DNA from: an uncultured virus (IMG/VR IMGVR_UViG_3300012012_002042)
Taxonomy: Duplodnaviria > Heunggongvirae > Uroviricota > Caudoviricetes
Length of the DNA: 64,000 nt
Direction: 5' to 3' (one strand)
Virus record (IMG/VR): IMGVR_UViG_3300012012_002042
Shown: positions 61,293 through 64,000 of the stretch, piece by piece
Numbering within the stretch: the stretch's first letter is position 1
How the letters are laid out: every line of letters starts with the position of its first letter
Made by a program: the position numbers and the translations under genes
The notes under the pieces: model-generated
Databases searched by the model: none
What the model was told of the DNA's origin: nothing
The model's input: the letters and a program-made list of their open reading frames with translations, nothing else

Positions 61293-62024
61293 ATGTATTC
61301 ACCGATTTATCGTTACGTCGCCAATCGTTCCAATTTCCGCCAAGGCGTCCTCAGCAGCAGTGTGGAATTCGTTCCAGTGAAAGCGTCCGATGCTGCAACA
61401 TCAGTACGGGAAATGCTGAAGCTGGATGTCATCAGTTCCGACTTCTTCATTGCCGGCGTGGCTGGCGCTCTGCTGGGTTCCCCGCAATTGATGGCAAACT
61501 TCGATCACCGCAGCATCGGTCACCCGAAGGGTGTCACGGTGGTCGGGTATTCGGCATTCAAACCTCCGTTGGGGGTCACGTTGGTGGGGGATAATTTCGG
61601 CACCGCACAAGTGCATCGCATTGCGGAGACGTGGCCCATCGACCAAACGCTGACGCTCACACGGATCGATGCCCAGTCCGCGATGGTTGAGTTCATTGGT
61701 GAAGCCCGGAAGCAGGTGGTTTCTGCCGTATTGATTCAGGATATTCTCAGCATCACCTGGCCGGCGTGGACGGGTCTGAAGGGCAATCTGCAATTCACCA
61801 TTCCGGACCATTGGCAGCATGCGGCTTCATTTCAGTTCAACGTGGAGCCTTCTGAATTTCCGTATGCGTTGGCGATGACCGCGTTGAAGCAGGGAGTCGC
61901 CTGGATGAATCTGCTGGAGCCGTTCGACCTCCTTCCTATTTATGCAGGGCTGCAATCGAGTGCGCAAGAGGGGATGGGTGTGATTGCGCTCGGTCTGGCT
62001 TTGGACACAATATCCCGTCTGTGA
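61293..62024 (+). CDS. hypothetical baseplate-region protein
   Basis: 243-aa ORF in the tail operon. Confidence 0.6.
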   Translation: MYSPIYRYVANRSNFRQGVLSSSVEFVPVKASDAATSVREMLKLDVISSDFFIAGVAGALLGSPQLMANFDHRSIGHPKGVTVVGYSAFKPPLGVTLVGDNFGTAQVHRIAETWPIDQTLTLTRIDAQSAMVEFIGEARKQVVSAVLIQDILSITWPAWTGLKGNLQFTIPDHWQHAASFQFNVEPSEFPYALAMTALKQGVAWMNLLEPFDLLPIYAGLQSSAQEGMGVIALGLALDTISRL

Positions 62025-62025
62025 A

Positions 62026-63546
62026 ATGGCTGACCAGAACCAACCCGTCGAATTTCGCGAACCAGCCGTAGCGCTGAACATTGACAGCTTCGATGATTAC
62101 GAGCTGTTCGGGATCACTGTGTCTGCCACCATTGACCAAGGACTGTCGATCAGCGCGAGTGTAAGCCCGCCGGAAGCTCCCAATGGTGGTGTGATGGAAG
62201 TCGTAGCCCTGCCCATGTTTGAGGCACTGGCGGGAATTCAGGAGGAAAAGTTCAACCAGTTTTTCGCCGTGAAATCCGGAACGGCGACCGTCGATAAACT
62301 GGAAATTCCAGCAACGCTGGTGGACACGTCGTTCACCATCATGTCAGAGGGGATGTTCGACATGACCCTGAATCTCGCCTCAATGCAACAGCTCATGATG
62401 CAGTTGCAGACGAGTATTTATGCCAGCACCGGCGGACAGGAGAAAGCTGCGTCCGACGGACCTATCACTGGGCCGATTTCTGCTAGAATAAAAGAGGTGT
62501 TGGTGCGTTTGATCAAGCACTGGGATGACAAGTTCAAATCCAGCACAGGAGACGCTGTCGAAATGGATGCTTCCACACTTCTGATCCTGAAGAATATCGA
62601 CAAGTCGAACCGCCAAGGGAAGCCTACATCTTCCCTGGAGGCTTGGTATGCCTTGCTGGACGCCAGCAATGCCACCACTACCATTGACGAGATCGACAAA
62701 GCTGAGGCTGCCAATTGTGCCGGAGTGACGCTGGCAATTTCCGCATTCATCGCCAGCGTTTACTCGCAAGGTTCCGCGAATTTTCTGCAGGTCATGCAAA
62801 CGCTCAACACAGCGTTCGGGCTCATCTACGTACCTTCGATGGACAAGAAAAAGCCGTATGGACATCTGCAACGGGTGACGTCGGTCATGCAAACTCCCCT
62901 GCGGAAGGTATTGCCGATCAGTTCCATCCGCAGCGCCTTCGCGCCGTCCACACTGCTCCCCGTGACATCCGTGATTGTGACTGGCGATGGCGTGGTGGAG
63001 GAGAAGTCAGGCTCGAATGATTCTGGGCAACCACCGGAGAAAGTGTTCGAGATGTGGCCTCCAGATTCGGACCAGATATTTGGTCAGTCTCTGCGAGAAC
63101 CGCTCCCACCCTGGATGCCCAAATTCAGTGATCTGGCGGCGGCCGGAGATGTTCCCGGCACGGACGCCGTTTTGCCTCTGCAGTCCGGGTCTTATCAGCC
63201 GCTGTTCGATGCCAGGAATGTCGCAATTTCCTCATCCCAGAAGGAGATCAAAAAAATAATCTCCGAGTGGGCTCGCATGAAATACTTGGACGCCTCAATC
63301 GGCGGAGACGCCATGGCCGTGACCATCCCTCTGGATGTGTCGTGGGAGTTGGGGAAGCGATATTCCTTGGAAGGAACGGGATCTGATGATCTGCTGTTTA
63401 CCGGATTTCTATTCTCCATCACGCACACTGTCGTCAAAGGGGAGGACGACAAACGTCAGGTTCGCGGCCAGGCGGAAACGCAGTTGAAATTTACACACGT
63501 TGAAGCCGCAAACTTCGAGCTACCATACGCGCAACCCATTGTCTAA
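62026..63546 (+). CDS. putative baseplate hub protein
   Basis: Position; C-terminal FTGFLFSITHTV...AETQLKFTHV hub-like strands. Confidence 0.5.
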   Translation: MADQNQPVEFREPAVALNIDSFDDYELFGITVSATIDQGLSISASVSPPEAPNGGVMEVVALPMFEALAGIQEEKFNQFFAVKSGTATVDKLEIPATLVDTSFTIMSEGMFDMTLNLASMQQLMMQLQTSIYASTGGQEKAASDGPITGPISARIKEVLVRLIKHWDDKFKSSTGDAVEMDASTLLILKNIDKSNRQGKPTSSLEAWYALLDASNATTTIDEIDKAEAANCAGVTLAISAFIASVYSQGSANFLQVMQTLNTAFGLIYVPSMDKKKPYGHLQRVTSVMQTPLRKVLPISSIRSAFAPSTLLPVTSVIVTGDGVVEEKSGSNDSGQPPEKVFEMWPPDSDQIFGQSLREPLPPWMPKFSDLAAAGDVPGTDAVLPLQSGSYQPLFDARNVAISSSQKEIKKIISEWARMKYLDASIGGDAMAVTIPLDVSWELGKRYSLEGTGSDDLLFTGFLFSITHTVVKGEDDKRQVRGQAETQLKFTHVEAANFELPYAQPIV

Positions 63547-63554
63547 ACTCACGC

Positions 63555-64000
63555 ATGGATCCTTCTGAAGCAGCCAAACGTCAAGCCGCCCGAGCTGCTG
63601 CTCGCGCCCCCGGCTGTGCCAGCAACATTCCCACAACGCTGCCAGAGTCTCCCATCGTTGATCGTCCTCCTGATGTACGACGCCCGCCCGCTCCGTGTGA
63701 TCCTGCGACGCCTGACGTGCAACAGCCGTTTGTGGTTCCAACAGATCGTCCGAGCGTCCCGCCGCTGCTGAACACTCCGGGAACGATTCAGATCGGGAAT
63801 GATGAGATTGTGCTGACGTGTGCGGACGTCGAGGGAGCCGGGCCGTCGGGCGACTCGGTGACAATATTGCAGAGTATCATCACGCAGGATTTTGTCTGGC
63901 TGGATATTCCGACGCTGACGCCGGAGCAGTTGGATTTTATTTCCCGCGCTGACGTTTCGCAAATTAACACGCGACCTCTGTTGGACGGTTCGCTGGAAGA
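63555..64000 (+). CDS. hypothetical protein, truncated by the window end
   Basis: Manual translation MDPSEAAKRQAARAAARAPGC... stays open to 64000. Confidence 0.65.
   Translation, partial: MDPSEAAKRQAARAAARAPGCASNIPTTLPESPIVDRPPDVRRPPAPCDPATPDVQQPFVVPTDRPSVPPLLNTPGTIQIGNDEIVLTCADVEGAGPSGDSVTILQSIITQDFVWLDIPTLTPEQLDFISRADVSQINTRPLLDGSLE

Noticed and set aside
1..64000. Stop-codon reassignment
   Set aside because: The standard code gives dense, tightly abutting genes ending in TAA, TGA and TAG

Overview
The window is part of a large, GC-rich, contractile-tailed (myovirus-like) phage genome, and every credible gene is on the + strand. Bases 1-7.1 kb are an accessory/early-type region: thyX, a beta-clamp-like gene, a SAM-methyltransferase-like gene, small ORFs, a repeated promoter-like motif and unusually dense RNA hairpins. 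Bases 7.2-64 kb are a virion module. It carries a split beta'-type multisubunit RNA polymerase whose catalytic NADFDGD half ends a 1781-aa multi-enzyme protein. It also holds two fibre-like proteins, a sulfotransferase, a lysis cassette, many putative internal head proteins, prohead protease, scaffold, capsid, neck, sheath, tube, a tail chaperone with a -1 frameshift site, tape measure and baseplate genes. The main candidate novel system is a capsid cargo-addressing and processing code. Four unrelated proteins share an ungapped 21-aa N-terminal leader ending in K-[S/R]-[A/G], and a fifth has a shorter version. K-x-A motifs mark domain junctions in the RNA polymerase protein and recur through the head proteins. 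This suggests that the prohead protease releases a packaged enzyme set (RNAP, PPase-like, MazG-like, Nudix, zincin, ART-like). A second candidate is a duplicated promoter plus three-hairpin element with compensatory base changes in the early region. All product calls come from motif recognition by eye; no database search was run.
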